Origin: Marinicella sp.
GTDB taxonomy: Bacteria > Pseudomonadota > Gammaproteobacteria > Xanthomonadales > Marinicellaceae
Direction: 5' to 3'
DNA length: 64,000 bases
Assembly: GCA_965230295.1 (NCBI GenBank)
Contig: OZ246001.1
Location: 960,001-1,024,000, forward strand
Each line of letters starts with the position of its first letter. The first letter of the stretch is position 1. Made by a program: the position numbers and the translations under genes. Shown here piece after piece: positions 41,060-50,999 of this stretch. The notes beneath the pieces were generated by a model. It searched no databases. It was given only the letters and a program-made list of their open reading frames with translations, and was not told the DNA's origin.

Positions 41060-41766
41060 TGTGTGGCCTCCTGCTGACAAGGCTGTGCTAAGTACAAACG
41101 CTCAATTGGAACCGTTCCTGAATGCTTTTCTCCAGCCGCATTGAAATGAGCCGTGGCTTGATAACAGCTGTCAAATTCGATGGTTAACTCACCCCAGATG
41201 TGGCTGGTAATGGCCTGGGGGTCATTGAATTGACCGCCCATGGGTTCATTCACCACCAGTGTGGCTCGGTGACCTTCTGGTGAACCTGTAGCAATGAACC
41301 ACTGTTGAGCGTCGCCGGCTTTGTTATAAGTGAACCAATAGGCAATCAACAAATCATTGGCCGGTACATACTCAAACAAGAACCCTTGCCCGGGTGTGGT
41401 CGGGTTGTGATAGGTGGCATTGACCCGCTCATCTATGACAAAGTCATTGGCGGCAGATTGAACCACCAAGGCGCCTTGCATGTTGGGATCTGCTGAACTG
41501 CTGTAAAACACCTCACCACCAGTGCCAGTGACCACGGCAGTAAACTGGCTGTTGGGTGTCAAAACCGGTGAAGAAAACGCAATCGCTTGTTCATTCTCGA
41601 TGGCCACAATTTGATGTGTCCCCGCTGCCACCACCCATTGGATGCTGTCACCCGATTGTACTGACAGCACCTCCGGTGAAAAGCGATTGTCAAACACTGT
41701 AACTTGATGGGTCTCTGCCAACAAAGAACCGGTCATCATCAGTAAGATCAGGTGGTATTTTTTCAT
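41056..41766 (-). CDS. Secreted protein: degenerate cupredoxin-like domain plus C-terminal beta-domain
   Basis: Signal peptide, FSPEVLSVQSGDSIQW...H...MQGALVV, then PTTPGQG..YWFTY..QQWF..WGELTIEFDSC. Confidence 0.7.
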   Translation of the reverse strand: MKKYHLILLMMTGSLLAETHQVTVFDNRFSPEVLSVQSGDSIQWVVAAGTHQIVAIENEQAIAFSSPVLTPNSQFTAVVTGTGGEVFYSSSADPNMQGALVVQSAANDFVIDERVNATYHNPTTPGQGFLFEYVPANDLLIAYWFTYNKAGDAQQWFIATGSPEGHRATLVVNEPMGGQFNDPQAITSHIWGELTIEFDSCYQATAHFNAAGEKHSGTVPIERLYLAQPCQQEATQ

Positions 41767-41768
41767 TG

Positions 41769-42200
41769 TCAGACCTCACTGCAGTTGATGGGGGCCGTGA
41801 TGCGACTCAAGGCAATCGTGGCAGACTGACCTCCGTTCTTATTGAAAGAAAACGAAGCAGACTGGCAGCTGGTGAATTCTATGCTGCCAGTCCCCCAAAT
41901 ATTGAGTTCTGGCAAAGGATCGTTGCTGTTGAGTTTTCCATTGGTTGACTCATAGATGGTGAGCTCAATCGGCTGGGCATCCAAATTCCCGTCAGCAGTT
42001 AACCACATTTGTTGACCACCGGCTTCCGCATAAGTAAACCAAGCAATAAAAATCTGGTTGTTTTCCGGGATGATGTGCAGTACCAGACCTTGTCCGGGGT
42101 TTTCCGGTTGGTGCCATGGCCCGTTCAGGCCTGTATGCAAATCAACGGCATGGGTTGAGGCTGTCAACAACACCATGGTCCACAACAAAATTATCTTCAT
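41769..42200 (-). CDS. Small secreted protein, paralogous to C-domain of downstream gene
   Basis: Signal peptide, PENPGQG, AWFTY, QQMWL and WGTGSIEFTSC. Confidence 0.72.
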   Translation of the reverse strand: MKIILLWTMVLLTASTHAVDLHTGLNGPWHQPENPGQGLVLHIIPENNQIFIAWFTYAEAGGQQMWLTADGNLDAQPIELTIYESTNGKLNSNDPLPELNIWGTGSIEFTSCQSASFSFNKNGGQSATIALSRITAPINCSEV

Positions 42201-42404
42201 ACATTTCTCCGATTGTTAGCCAACTGATTTCCGTTTGTTTGCCCACGTTTAAATGTTCCAACGCATCACCACTGTTACAGGTTGACAACAGCGGTATAAA
42301 AATGGTCAATCATTATGTATGAGCACAACTGGCCAGGTTTTGGATGCAAAGCATCAACAATCAATCATATTCTGCTTTTAGCACCGAACTTGCAAGCATT
42401 TCGA

Positions 42405-42580
42405 TCTTTTTTCGTATAAATGAATGTCCTTGGGACTTCATTCACTTTTGTTCCTACAAAAGTGAAAGCGGCCACGGTAGCCATGGCTTGATACCTCGGG
42501 CTTGCACTCTCTGACTCAGCGAGGCTTCGCCAACCGAGTGCGGCGATCGAGCTGATCATCAGCTCTCCTAGGATTGAATG
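42405..42580. repeat. Palindromic intergenic repeat related to the 25.1-25.5 kb element
   Basis: Hairpins TTCACTTTTGTTCCTACAAAAGTGAA and GAGCTGATCATCAGCTC. The minus strand carries CGCTTTCACTTTTGT and GAATGAAGTCCCAAGGACATTC. Confidence 0.55.
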
Positions 42581-42681
42581 ACATTGTGTTTGGGTGTCCA
42601 TTTTCTCTGCAGATGGGCTGTATACAAAAATCTTCACAATCTTTATAATCTTAGATCCAGGCAAAAACAGGATGAACTACA

Positions 42682-43887
42682 TTGGAAGCACATGTCATTG
42701 AATGGTTGAACTTATCAGTGCGATGGATACACATCATCACCGGAATCGCTTGGATCGGTGCTTCTTTTTATTTTATCTTTTTAGAGAATAATTTAAACCG
42801 TACCGAGAATCTGCGTGAGGAGTTGGCCGGAAACTTATGGGCGGTTCATGGCGGTGGCTTTTACTATTTAGAAAAATACAAACATTCGCCACAAACCATT
42901 CCTGAAGATTTGCACTGGTTCAAATGGGAAGCTTACTTCACTTGGCTTTCTGGTATGGCCTTGTTGTTGATTGTGTATTATTACAACGCTCAGATTTACC
43001 TGTTGGATCCGGTGATTTCCGACCTCACCGCCTCACAAGCCATTGGTATCGGTTTGGGTACTTTGTTACTTGGCTGGATCATTTATGACCTGTTGTGCAA
43101 GTCACCCCTGATCAAACAACAACAATTATTTGCCTTGGTTGGCTTTGTCTTGTTGGTGTCACTGACTTACGGTTTGACTCAATTCCTCAGTGCCCGGGCA
43201 GCATACATTCATGTAGGAGCCATGTTAGGAACACTGATGGTGGCCAATGTGTTTTTCAACATCATCCCATCGCAAAAAGCCATGGTCAAGGCGGCCATCG
43301 ATGGTACGCAAGTTGATCCAGGCTTGGGCAAAAAGGCCCTACAACGTTCCATCCACAACAACTACATGACCTTGCCGGTGTTGTTCATCATGATCAGCCA
43401 CCACTTTCCCAGCACTTTCGGGCATTCACACAGTTGGTTGATTTTGGCCCTGTTGGTATTGGTTGGGATGTTGGTCAGGCATTGGTTTAATCTGAAAGGG
43501 AAAGGCCAAAAAAACCTGTGGTTATTGCCTATGGCTTTGATTTTGATGGCATTTTTGGTTTACTACACCAAACCAGCTGATGTGACACCAAACAAAGGCC
43601 AAACACAAGTTGGGCTCACCGACCAAGAAGCCATGACCATCATCAACATCCATTGTACCAATTGCCATGCCACTCAACCCAGCAGTGAACTGTTCGCCAC
43701 CCCACCCAAAAATCTGGTGCTTGAAACGATTGACCAAGTGTTGGCCAATGACTTGATGATCAAAGCCCAAGTCATCAACAGCAAAATCATGCCACTGGGT
43801 AATTTCACCCAAATGACCGATCAGGAACGGGCACAATTGGGCCACTGGCTGGCCAGCAAAGCAGCCGAAAAGATGGAACAGGACTGA
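42682..43887 (+). CDS. puuD: Membrane urate hydroxylase PuuD with C-terminal cytochrome c domain
   Basis: RWIHIITGIAWIGASFYF, LWAVHGGGFY, HWFKWEAY, RSIHNNY and CTNCH heme motif. Confidence 0.93.
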   Translation: MEAHVIEWLNLSVRWIHIITGIAWIGASFYFIFLENNLNRTENLREELAGNLWAVHGGGFYYLEKYKHSPQTIPEDLHWFKWEAYFTWLSGMALLLIVYYYNAQIYLLDPVISDLTASQAIGIGLGTLLLGWIIYDLLCKSPLIKQQQLFALVGFVLLVSLTYGLTQFLSARAAYIHVGAMLGTLMVANVFFNIIPSQKAMVKAAIDGTQVDPGLGKKALQRSIHNNYMTLPVLFIMISHHFPSTFGHSHSWLILALLVLVGMLVRHWFNLKGKGQKNLWLLPMALILMAFLVYYTKPADVTPNKGQTQVGLTDQEAMTIINIHCTNCHATQPSSELFATPPKNLVLETIDQVLANDLMIKAQVINSKIMPLGNFTQMTDQERAQLGHWLASKAAEKMEQD

Positions 43888-43889
43888 TC

Positions 43890-44000
43890 ATGATTGCCAT
43901 ATCTTCGACACAAGTTTACCTGTCAGGTGAATTGATCTTTGACCATTCTGATGCCAAGCATTTCGAACATCAACAACCCAAGGGCATGACATTGTTATGA
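43890..44000 (+). pseudogene. 36-codon remnant, probably N- and C-termini of an internally deleted allantoinase
   Basis: MIAISSTQVYLSGELIFDHSDAKHFEHQQPKGMTLL*. It starts 2 nt after the puuD stop and its stop overlaps the allantoicase start (ATGA). Confidence 0.5.
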
Positions 44001-44977
44001 AAACATTCACTCACTTAATTGATCTGGCAGCTGCTCGTGTAGGCGGTTTGGTGCTGGATACCACTGATGATTTTTTTGCAGAGAAAGAAAATTTGATCAA
44101 ACCTGGTCGTGGCATCTTCATTGAAGATAAATACACCGACCATGGAAAATGGATGGACGGATGGGAAAGTCGGCGCAAACGAGAACCTGGCCATGATTGG
44201 TGTACATTAAAACTCGGCCTGCGGGGGGTCATTCATGGTGTCGATATAGACACCAATCACTTTTTAGGTAACCATCCACCGCATGCCTCTCTTGAGGCTG
44301 CCTGTGTGACAGGCTCTCCGAATGAAAAAGACTGGATTGAAATATTACCCAAGTCGCCGTTAGACCCTGGCTCCCAAAATTTATATGAAATTGCATCTGA
44401 GGCGGAATGGACCCACTTAAGATTACACATATACCCAGATGGCGGGGTAGCGCGCTTGAAAGTATATGGCGAGGTCAAACCCGATTGGTCGCAAGTGAGC
44501 ACCGATCAAATGATTGACTTGGTGGCTGTAGAAAATGGCGGTCGCGTGATCAGTTGCAATGACATGTTTTTCAGCTCCAAAGACAACCTCATCATGCCAG
44601 GTCGCGGCATCAATATGGGCGATGGCTGGGAGACCAAAAGGCGTCGAGGGCCAGGTCATGACTGGTCAATTTTAAAATTGGGTCATGCTGGTGTGGTTGA
44701 GATGATTGAAGTAGACACCCATCATTTTAAAGGCAACTACCCTGATCGTTGTTCAATTGAATCGATTTTTGCACCAACTGCTACAGACGAAGAATTGCAA
44801 CAATTGGACTGGCAGCCCTTGTTACCAGAAACTCAACTGTCAGCACACCAACAACATTATTTCGACCAGAACTTGGTTCACCACGACACAGTCACTCATC
44901 TTCGATTCAATATTTTTCCTGATGGTGGCATTTCCAGATTGCGCATCAATGGTCGCATCATAAAAAACCCTGTTTAA
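43997..44977 (+). CDS. alc: Allantoicase
   Basis: Two repeats of DGWE(S/T)(R/K)R..PGHDW, plus DTNHFLGN/DTHHFKGN and PDGGVARL/PDGGISRL. Confidence 0.94.
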   Translation: MKTFTHLIDLAAARVGGLVLDTTDDFFAEKENLIKPGRGIFIEDKYTDHGKWMDGWESRRKREPGHDWCTLKLGLRGVIHGVDIDTNHFLGNHPPHASLEAACVTGSPNEKDWIEILPKSPLDPGSQNLYEIASEAEWTHLRLHIYPDGGVARLKVYGEVKPDWSQVSTDQMIDLVAVENGGRVISCNDMFFSSKDNLIMPGRGINMGDGWETKRRRGPGHDWSILKLGHAGVVEMIEVDTHHFKGNYPDRCSIESIFAPTATDEELQQLDWQPLLPETQLSAHQQHYFDQNLVHHDTVTHLRFNIFPDGGISRLRINGRIIKNPV

Positions 44978-44990
44978 GCCAATACATAGC

Positions 44991-45497
44991 ATGACGTTAA
45001 CCGAACTGAACCAATTACCACAAGCTGAGTTGATCGAACATCTCAGCCATTGTTGTGGTGCCAGTCATTGGGTCCAGGCCATGGCTCATTTTCAGCCTTT
45101 TGCCAGCATTGATCTGCTACACGAAATCAGTGACACCATTTGGACTGAGTTGGATGAAGAGGACTACTTGGAAGCTTTCACCCATCATCCCATGATTGGT
45201 GATTTGGAGGCATTGAAAAAGAAATTTGCCGACACCGCACAATGGGCTGGTCAAGAACAAAGCGGCAGTAACAGCGCCAGTGAGTCAACACTGCAATCAT
45301 TACAACAAGCCAACCGGGATTACCTGAAAAAATTTGGTTTCATATTCATCGTCTGTGCCACTGGCAAAACCGCCGATCAAATGTTGACCTTGTTGCTGCA
45401 AAGACTGGATAATGATCATTCAACTGAATTATCAATAGCAGCTGAAGAACAAAATAAGATCACACATTTACGGTTAGAAAAATTATTGAACAGCTGA
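44991..45497 (+). CDS. uraD: OHCU decarboxylase
   Basis: CCGA, EAFTHHPMIG, EQSG, YLKKFGFIFIVCA and EQNKITHLRL. Confidence 0.92.
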   Translation: MTLTELNQLPQAELIEHLSHCCGASHWVQAMAHFQPFASIDLLHEISDTIWTELDEEDYLEAFTHHPMIGDLEALKKKFADTAQWAGQEQSGSNSASESTLQSLQQANRDYLKKFGFIFIVCATGKTADQMLTLLLQRLDNDHSTELSIAAEEQNKITHLRLEKLLNS

Positions 45498-45550
45498 ACC
45501 CACTCAATAAGAAACGGTATAATTGATACTAAGAATCAAAGAGGATTGAT

Positions 45551-45889
45551 ATGAGCCCAATCACCACACATGTGTTGGACACGGCCTCCGGCCTACCCGC
45601 TGCAGGCATCGGAGTTAAACTGGAGCGGCTGTCGCCTGCCGGTCCACTTTTGGTGGCTGAAGGGACCACCGATGAAGATGGACGGATCATGGATTGGCCC
45701 TATGAACAATTCGATCAACACCTGCAAAATGGCGATTTTCAAATCACCTTTCAAGTGCATGAATACCACCAAGGAAATGGCTTTTTCCCACACATCACCA
45801 TTGCATTCCGGGTCACTGATTGCCAAGCACATTACCATGTACCCTTGTTGCTCAGTCCATTCAGTTATTCAACCTACCGAGGCAGCTAA
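45551..45889 (+). CDS. uraH: 5-hydroxyisourate hydrolase
   Basis: ITTHVLD and the C-terminal HYHVPLLLSPFSYSTYRGS signature. Confidence 0.96.
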   Translation: MSPITTHVLDTASGLPAAGIGVKLERLSPAGPLLVAEGTTDEDGRIMDWPYEQFDQHLQNGDFQITFQVHEYHQGNGFFPHITIAFRVTDCQAHYHVPLLLSPFSYSTYRGS

Positions 45890-47205
45890 TGACCAGCAGT
45901 ATTGACCCCAATCAATTGGACCCCATTTTTGCCTCGTTGTCACAGGCCAACGAAAAATACCAGCAACATTTTCCAGGTGACCGTGAAGCTTTACAACCCA
46001 CCCACACTTTATATGGGGGCGCCCAACTTTACAAAGCAGGATCAACCCAAAAAATTGGCGAATTGGCGCTCAAATCATTTCAACAATATGCACCCAATTC
46101 GACGGTTTTTGCCCATGCTTTGCAACTGGGTGGAGACCAAGACCTGTGGCAGCAGATTCATCAACGGGTTATACAACGTTTACAAAAGTGTGCAGTGGAA
46201 GATTTCCGCATCGATTTTGAAGATGGTTATGGCAACCGACCCGATGACGAAGAAGATGCCACAGCTCGGTATGCCGCAGAACAACTGGCTTTGGCTTATC
46301 AACAAGGCATTGCCGCCCCTTTCATGGGTATCCGCATAAAACCTTTCAATGAAGAACTGAAGCACCGCAGCGCACGAACTTTGGACCTCTTCATCAGTAC
46401 TTTGGTTCGCGCTTTTGATGGTCAGGTTCCTGATGATTTTGTGGTCACTTTACCCAAAGTGCTGATCCCTGAACAAGTCACTGCTTTGGTTCAATTATTG
46501 GATCACATAGAAGCCAATCTGGGATTAGAAAACGGCACCATCCAGATTGAAATTATGGTGGAAAATACCCAGGCTTTGCTGTCAAAAGATGGCATGTGTC
46601 ACCTGCCCTTGATTTATCAGGCCACGGCAGGACGCTGTCGTGGCGCTCACTTTGGCACCTATGATTACACCGCCAGTTTTGACATCACTGCAGCCTTACA
46701 GACCATGGATCACCCCAGCTGCGATTTTGCCCTGCAAATGATGAAACTGGCCTTCGCCGGGACGGGTGTCTGGCTGTCGAATGGTGCCACCAGCATCATG
46801 CCCATAGGGGATGAAAAAACGGTACACGATGCCTGGAAGCTGAGCTTTGATCACATCACCCATTCGTTGGAAATGGGCTATTACCAGGGCTGGGATTTAC
46901 ACCCTGGGCAGATACCAATCCGCTATGCGGCCAATTATGCGTTTTTCTTATCCAGTTTGGAACAGGCATCGGTCAGGCTCAAAAATTTCATCGACAAAGC
47001 CGCTCAAGCCACATTGGTCGGCGATGTATTTGATGACGCAGCCACTGGTCAGGGTCTATTGAATTACTTTTTGCGGGCCTTGAATTGTGGCGCCATCACC
47101 GAGGACGAGATCGAAAAGACGGGTCTGACATTGGCAGAAGTGCGCAGCAAATCCTTTGTTAAAATTGTTAAAAAACGCACTGAACAAATGACCGATGATG
47201 GCTGA
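45889..47205 (+). CDS. HpcH/HpaI aldolase/citrate-lyase-like TIM-barrel protein (DUF6986-like)
   Basis: EDFRIDFEDGYG, GIRIK, VTLPK, HFGTYDY and YQGWDLHPGQ. The ATG overlaps the uraH stop. Confidence 0.75.
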   Translation: MTSSIDPNQLDPIFASLSQANEKYQQHFPGDREALQPTHTLYGGAQLYKAGSTQKIGELALKSFQQYAPNSTVFAHALQLGGDQDLWQQIHQRVIQRLQKCAVEDFRIDFEDGYGNRPDDEEDATARYAAEQLALAYQQGIAAPFMGIRIKPFNEELKHRSARTLDLFISTLVRAFDGQVPDDFVVTLPKVLIPEQVTALVQLLDHIEANLGLENGTIQIEIMVENTQALLSKDGMCHLPLIYQATAGRCRGAHFGTYDYTASFDITAALQTMDHPSCDFALQMMKLAFAGTGVWLSNGATSIMPIGDEKTVHDAWKLSFDHITHSLEMGYYQGWDLHPGQIPIRYAANYAFFLSSLEQASVRLKNFIDKAAQATLVGDVFDDAATGQGLLNYFLRALNCGAITEDEIEKTGLTLAEVRSKSFVKIVKKRTEQMTDDG

Positions 47206-48691
47206 GCAAAGAGATTACATCCTGATATACCTCAATGGCCAACGCCGAGAATTGCGTGGGGCCCAAGTTTTCATGACCTTGTCCGATTATTTGCGCTACG
47301 AGCGACAACTGACCGGCACCAAAGTGGTCTGTGCTGAAGGTGATTGTGGGGCATGCAGTGTGATGGTCGGAGCCGTCAAACCCAATGCCCTGGAAGCGGA
47401 AGTGCAATATCAAGTCATCAACGCATGCATCCAGTTCATGCATGGTCTGGATTGTGCTCACATCATCACCATTGAGGGTTTACCTGCTGAACCCAATCAA
47501 TTACACCCCGTGCAAGCAGCGATGGTGGAGGCCCAAGCCACCCAATGTGGATTCTGTACGCCCGGATTTGTGATGGCTGCAGCCTGCATGTTGGAACAAG
47601 AAGGCACTGAGAACAACATCAACCCACAAAAGGCCAAAAATTACCTCACCGGAAACTTGTGTCGATGTACCGGTTACCTGTCAATCATCAACGCCATGAC
47701 CCACATCAATGCCACTGATGAGCCATCCATTAAACAAAGATATCATCTGCCAACTGTGCATGAAGATTTGTTGCAACATGGCGCAAAATCGGTGGTCATC
47801 AACCACGAGGGGCATTGTTTTATCAGCCCGGCCACAGCCAAGGAAGCGGCCAATGTGATGTCCACCAAAAACTGTCGTGTGTTTGCAGCGGCCACTGATT
47901 TGGGGGTTCAGCACAACAAAGGCCATTGGCAAACACAACGGGTGGTCAGTTTGAACTTGATTGGTGACCTGCATCAGATTCAACATCAGGCCGAATCAGT
48001 TTTGGTGGGTGCCAGGGTCAGTCTGGCAGCTTTGGAACAAGCACTGAAGTGCGACCAGCCAGAATGGGCTGATTTCATGCACATCTTTGCTTCACCACAA
48101 ATCAAAAACAACGCGACACTGGTGGGCAATGTTGCCAATGGTTCTCCCATCGGTGATAACTTACCGTTCTTGCTGGCACTTGATGCCAAGCTCATCATCC
48201 AAGGACCAAATCAGCAAAGATCACTCAACATCAATGACTTTTATACCGGCTACAAACAATTCAATTTGGCTGAAGGCGAGTTGATCACCCACATAGAGAT
48301 TCCACACAAACCCAAAGGCAGTGTATTGAAGCTGTATAAAGTATCACAACGCCGAGATTTAGACATCAGTTGTGTGTCATCTGCCATCATGCTGACCTTT
48401 GACCAACAAAAGGTTGTGCAACGGGCAGCCATTGCTTTGGGGGGGGTGGCCGCTACAGCACTCAGAATCAAAGCCATAGAACAACAGTTGATTGGGCACC
48501 ACCTTACAGAAATCACCGATACAGCTGCTTGCCAACAAGTGGCACAAAAATTGGCGGCAGCGATAAAGCCAATGTCAGATGTCCGCGGCAGTGATGTCTT
48601 CAGGAAGCAATTGGTGGCCAACCTGTACCGCAAATACATCGACGAACTGACGGCCAATGAAGTCGCAGTGGAAGCCAGCCATGTCATTTAA
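47195..48691 (+). CDS. xdhA: Xanthine dehydrogenase small subunit (2Fe-2S + FAD)
   Basis: GTKVVCAEGDCGAC, QCGFCTPG, GNLCRCTGY, ASPQIKN and SPIGD. Confidence 0.94.
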   Translation: MMAEQRDYILIYLNGQRRELRGAQVFMTLSDYLRYERQLTGTKVVCAEGDCGACSVMVGAVKPNALEAEVQYQVINACIQFMHGLDCAHIITIEGLPAEPNQLHPVQAAMVEAQATQCGFCTPGFVMAAACMLEQEGTENNINPQKAKNYLTGNLCRCTGYLSIINAMTHINATDEPSIKQRYHLPTVHEDLLQHGAKSVVINHEGHCFISPATAKEAANVMSTKNCRVFAAATDLGVQHNKGHWQTQRVVSLNLIGDLHQIQHQAESVLVGARVSLAALEQALKCDQPEWADFMHIFASPQIKNNATLVGNVANGSPIGDNLPFLLALDAKLIIQGPNQQRSLNINDFYTGYKQFNLAEGELITHIEIPHKPKGSVLKLYKVSQRRDLDISCVSSAIMLTFDQQKVVQRAAIALGGVAATALRIKAIEQQLIGHHLTEITDTAACQQVAQKLAAAIKPMSDVRGSDVFRKQLVANLYRKYIDELTANEVAVEASHVI

Positions 48692-50999
48692 AGATTTGCC
48701 CCATGATTCTGCAACCAGTCATGTCACAGGCACATCTGAGTTCATTGACGATCGGCCAAAACATGCCGGTGAGTTAACGGTTGCCGTGGTGTATTCAGGT
48801 GTGGCGCATGGTGACATCAAGCGCATAGATACCTCTCAGGCTTTACAGATTGAAGGTGTTCATGGCATCTATTCATATCAAGATTTGGCCCACAACCGCT
48901 GGGGTTCAATCGTCCAGGACCAACCCTTGCTGGCAGAAAACAGTGTTCATTATGTGGGTGAGCCGATATTGGTTGTGGCTGCCGAAACGGCTACAGCAGC
49001 ACAAGCCGCGCAAGCAATCATTCAAATTGACATCGAAGCCAAAGATGCTGTTTTGGACATCCGTACAGCCCGTTCTGAGCGGCACTATATGGGTGAGGCT
49101 TATCAAATAAAAACCGGTGACCCCCGGACCGAGTTTACCCAAGCTGAACACCTGTTGACGGGTCAATTCAGTAACGGTGGGCAGGAACAATTTTATCTAG
49201 AATCCCAAGCAGCCATTGCTTATCCTGAGGAAAATGATTGCATTCATGTGCATGTCTCGGCACAACACCCCACAGAGGTACAGCATGTGGTGGCCAAAGC
49301 CCTGGACTTAAAGCACCACCAAGTGATCAGTACCGTTAAGCGCATGGGAGGCGGTTTTGGTGGTAAAGAATCGCAATCGGCACATTATGCCGCGTTGGCG
49401 GCTTTGGTGGCCCACAAAACCAAACGTCCGGCCCGATTGATACTGAGTAAAGATGATGACATGATCGCCACCGGCAAACGCCATCCGTTTTGCAACGATT
49501 ACCAAGTGGCCTTCGATGATGATGGCCGCATTCAGGCACTGAATGTGCACTTTTATGCCGATGGAGGCGCCTACATTGACCTGACCCCGGCGATCATCCA
49601 ACGCGCCATGTTTCATGTCGACAACGCCTACCTGATCCCGAATGCCAACATCAAAGGAACGATTTGTCGCACCCACACCCATCCGCACACTGCATTTCGT
49701 GGGTTTGGCGGCCCACAAGGTGCGGCTGTGATTGAACACATCATGGAAGAGATTGCTGCACATTTGAATATGGACTCATTGGATGTCAGACTGAACAATT
49801 GTTACCGTGGCAATGACAGTCAAACACCCTATGGTCAAACCGTTGACAACAACATGCTGCCAGAATTGTTTGCTCAATTGGAGCAATCTGCCAAGTACCG
49901 CCAGCGTCGGCAAGCCATCCAGACATTCAATCAACAATCCACTGGTTTGAAAAAAGGCTTGGCCCTGACTGCAGTTAAATTTGGCATCTCTTTCACCACC
50001 CGCTTTTTGAACCAAGGCAACGCCCTGGTCAATGTTCATGTCGATGGCACCGTTCAGGTATCAACCGGCGCCACCGAAATGGGCCAAGGGGTTAACAGTA
50101 AAATCCGTAAAATTGTCAGTGAAGCTTTGGGTGTCGATGAGGTGGATGTGCGGATGATGCCCACTTCCACAGAAAAAAACGCCAATACATCAGCCACAGC
50201 CGCTTCCAGTGGCAGCGACATCAACGGTGCAGCGGCTAACATCGCATGTCAAAAAATCACCGATCGCCTGGCCAACATCGCCATACAAATGTGGCAAGGC
50301 TTTGTTCCTGGTGATGCCGCTGAATTGACACTGCGTGATGACATCGACACCAAGGCCGTTAAATTCATGGCTGGTCAATTGATCAATACAGACAACCCAA
50401 GTCAAACATTTGAATTCAAAGACCTGGTCAAAACGGCTTACTTGAATCGCATCAGCCTCAGTGATTATGGTCACTACAGAACCCCTGAAATTTATTTTGA
50501 TAAAAAAACAGGCAAAGGCCGACCCTTCCTTTACTACACCAATGGCGTGGCCGCTTCGGAAGTCAGCATTGACTGCTACACCGGTGAAACCAAGATTCTG
50601 CGCACCGACATACTGATGGATTTGGGCCGTTTGATCAATGACGGCATCGACCATGGACAAACCGCCGGTGGATTTGTCCAGGGTGCCGGCTGGGTCACTG
50701 CCGAGAACCTGCATTACGATGAGCAAGGTAAGCTGTTGTCACACTCACCCACCACCTATAAAATCCCCAGCATTCACGACATGCCGCGCCTATTCAACAT
50801 TGATTTCATTGAAAACCACAGCAATGTGATGAACATTCGCGGCAGCAAAGCCGTGGGTGAACCTCCCTTGTTGTTGGGCCTGAGTGTTTGGTGCGCCATC
50901 AAAAATGCGTTGCGTGAAGCCGGTGTGACAGACACCGAATCATTGTCTATCCCAGCCACCAATGAAGTCATTTTATCAATGCTAAGCAATCCATCATGA
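48681..50999 (+). CDS. xdhB: Xanthine dehydrogenase molybdopterin-binding subunit
   Basis: GGQEQFYLE, RMGGGFGGKE, TAFRGFGGPQG, TEMGQG and SKAVGEPP. Confidence 0.95.
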   Translation: MSFKDLPHDSATSHVTGTSEFIDDRPKHAGELTVAVVYSGVAHGDIKRIDTSQALQIEGVHGIYSYQDLAHNRWGSIVQDQPLLAENSVHYVGEPILVVAAETATAAQAAQAIIQIDIEAKDAVLDIRTARSERHYMGEAYQIKTGDPRTEFTQAEHLLTGQFSNGGQEQFYLESQAAIAYPEENDCIHVHVSAQHPTEVQHVVAKALDLKHHQVISTVKRMGGGFGGKESQSAHYAALAALVAHKTKRPARLILSKDDDMIATGKRHPFCNDYQVAFDDDGRIQALNVHFYADGGAYIDLTPAIIQRAMFHVDNAYLIPNANIKGTICRTHTHPHTAFRGFGGPQGAAVIEHIMEEIAAHLNMDSLDVRLNNCYRGNDSQTPYGQTVDNNMLPELFAQLEQSAKYRQRRQAIQTFNQQSTGLKKGLALTAVKFGISFTTRFLNQGNALVNVHVDGTVQVSTGATEMGQGVNSKIRKIVSEALGVDEVDVRMMPTSTEKNANTSATAASSGSDINGAAANIACQKITDRLANIAIQMWQGFVPGDAAELTLRDDIDTKAVKFMAGQLINTDNPSQTFEFKDLVKTAYLNRISLSDYGHYRTPEIYFDKKTGKGRPFLYYTNGVAASEVSIDCYTGETKILRTDILMDLGRLINDGIDHGQTAGGFVQGAGWVTAENLHYDEQGKLLSHSPTTYKIPSIHDMPRLFNIDFIENHSNVMNIRGSKAVGEPPLLLGLSVWCAIKNALREAGVTDTESLSIPATNEVILSMLSNPS

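Noticed and set aside
42365-42664. 99-aa minus-strand ORF upstream of puuD
   Set aside because: It overlaps the palindromic repeat and probable promoter region and has no recognisable features.
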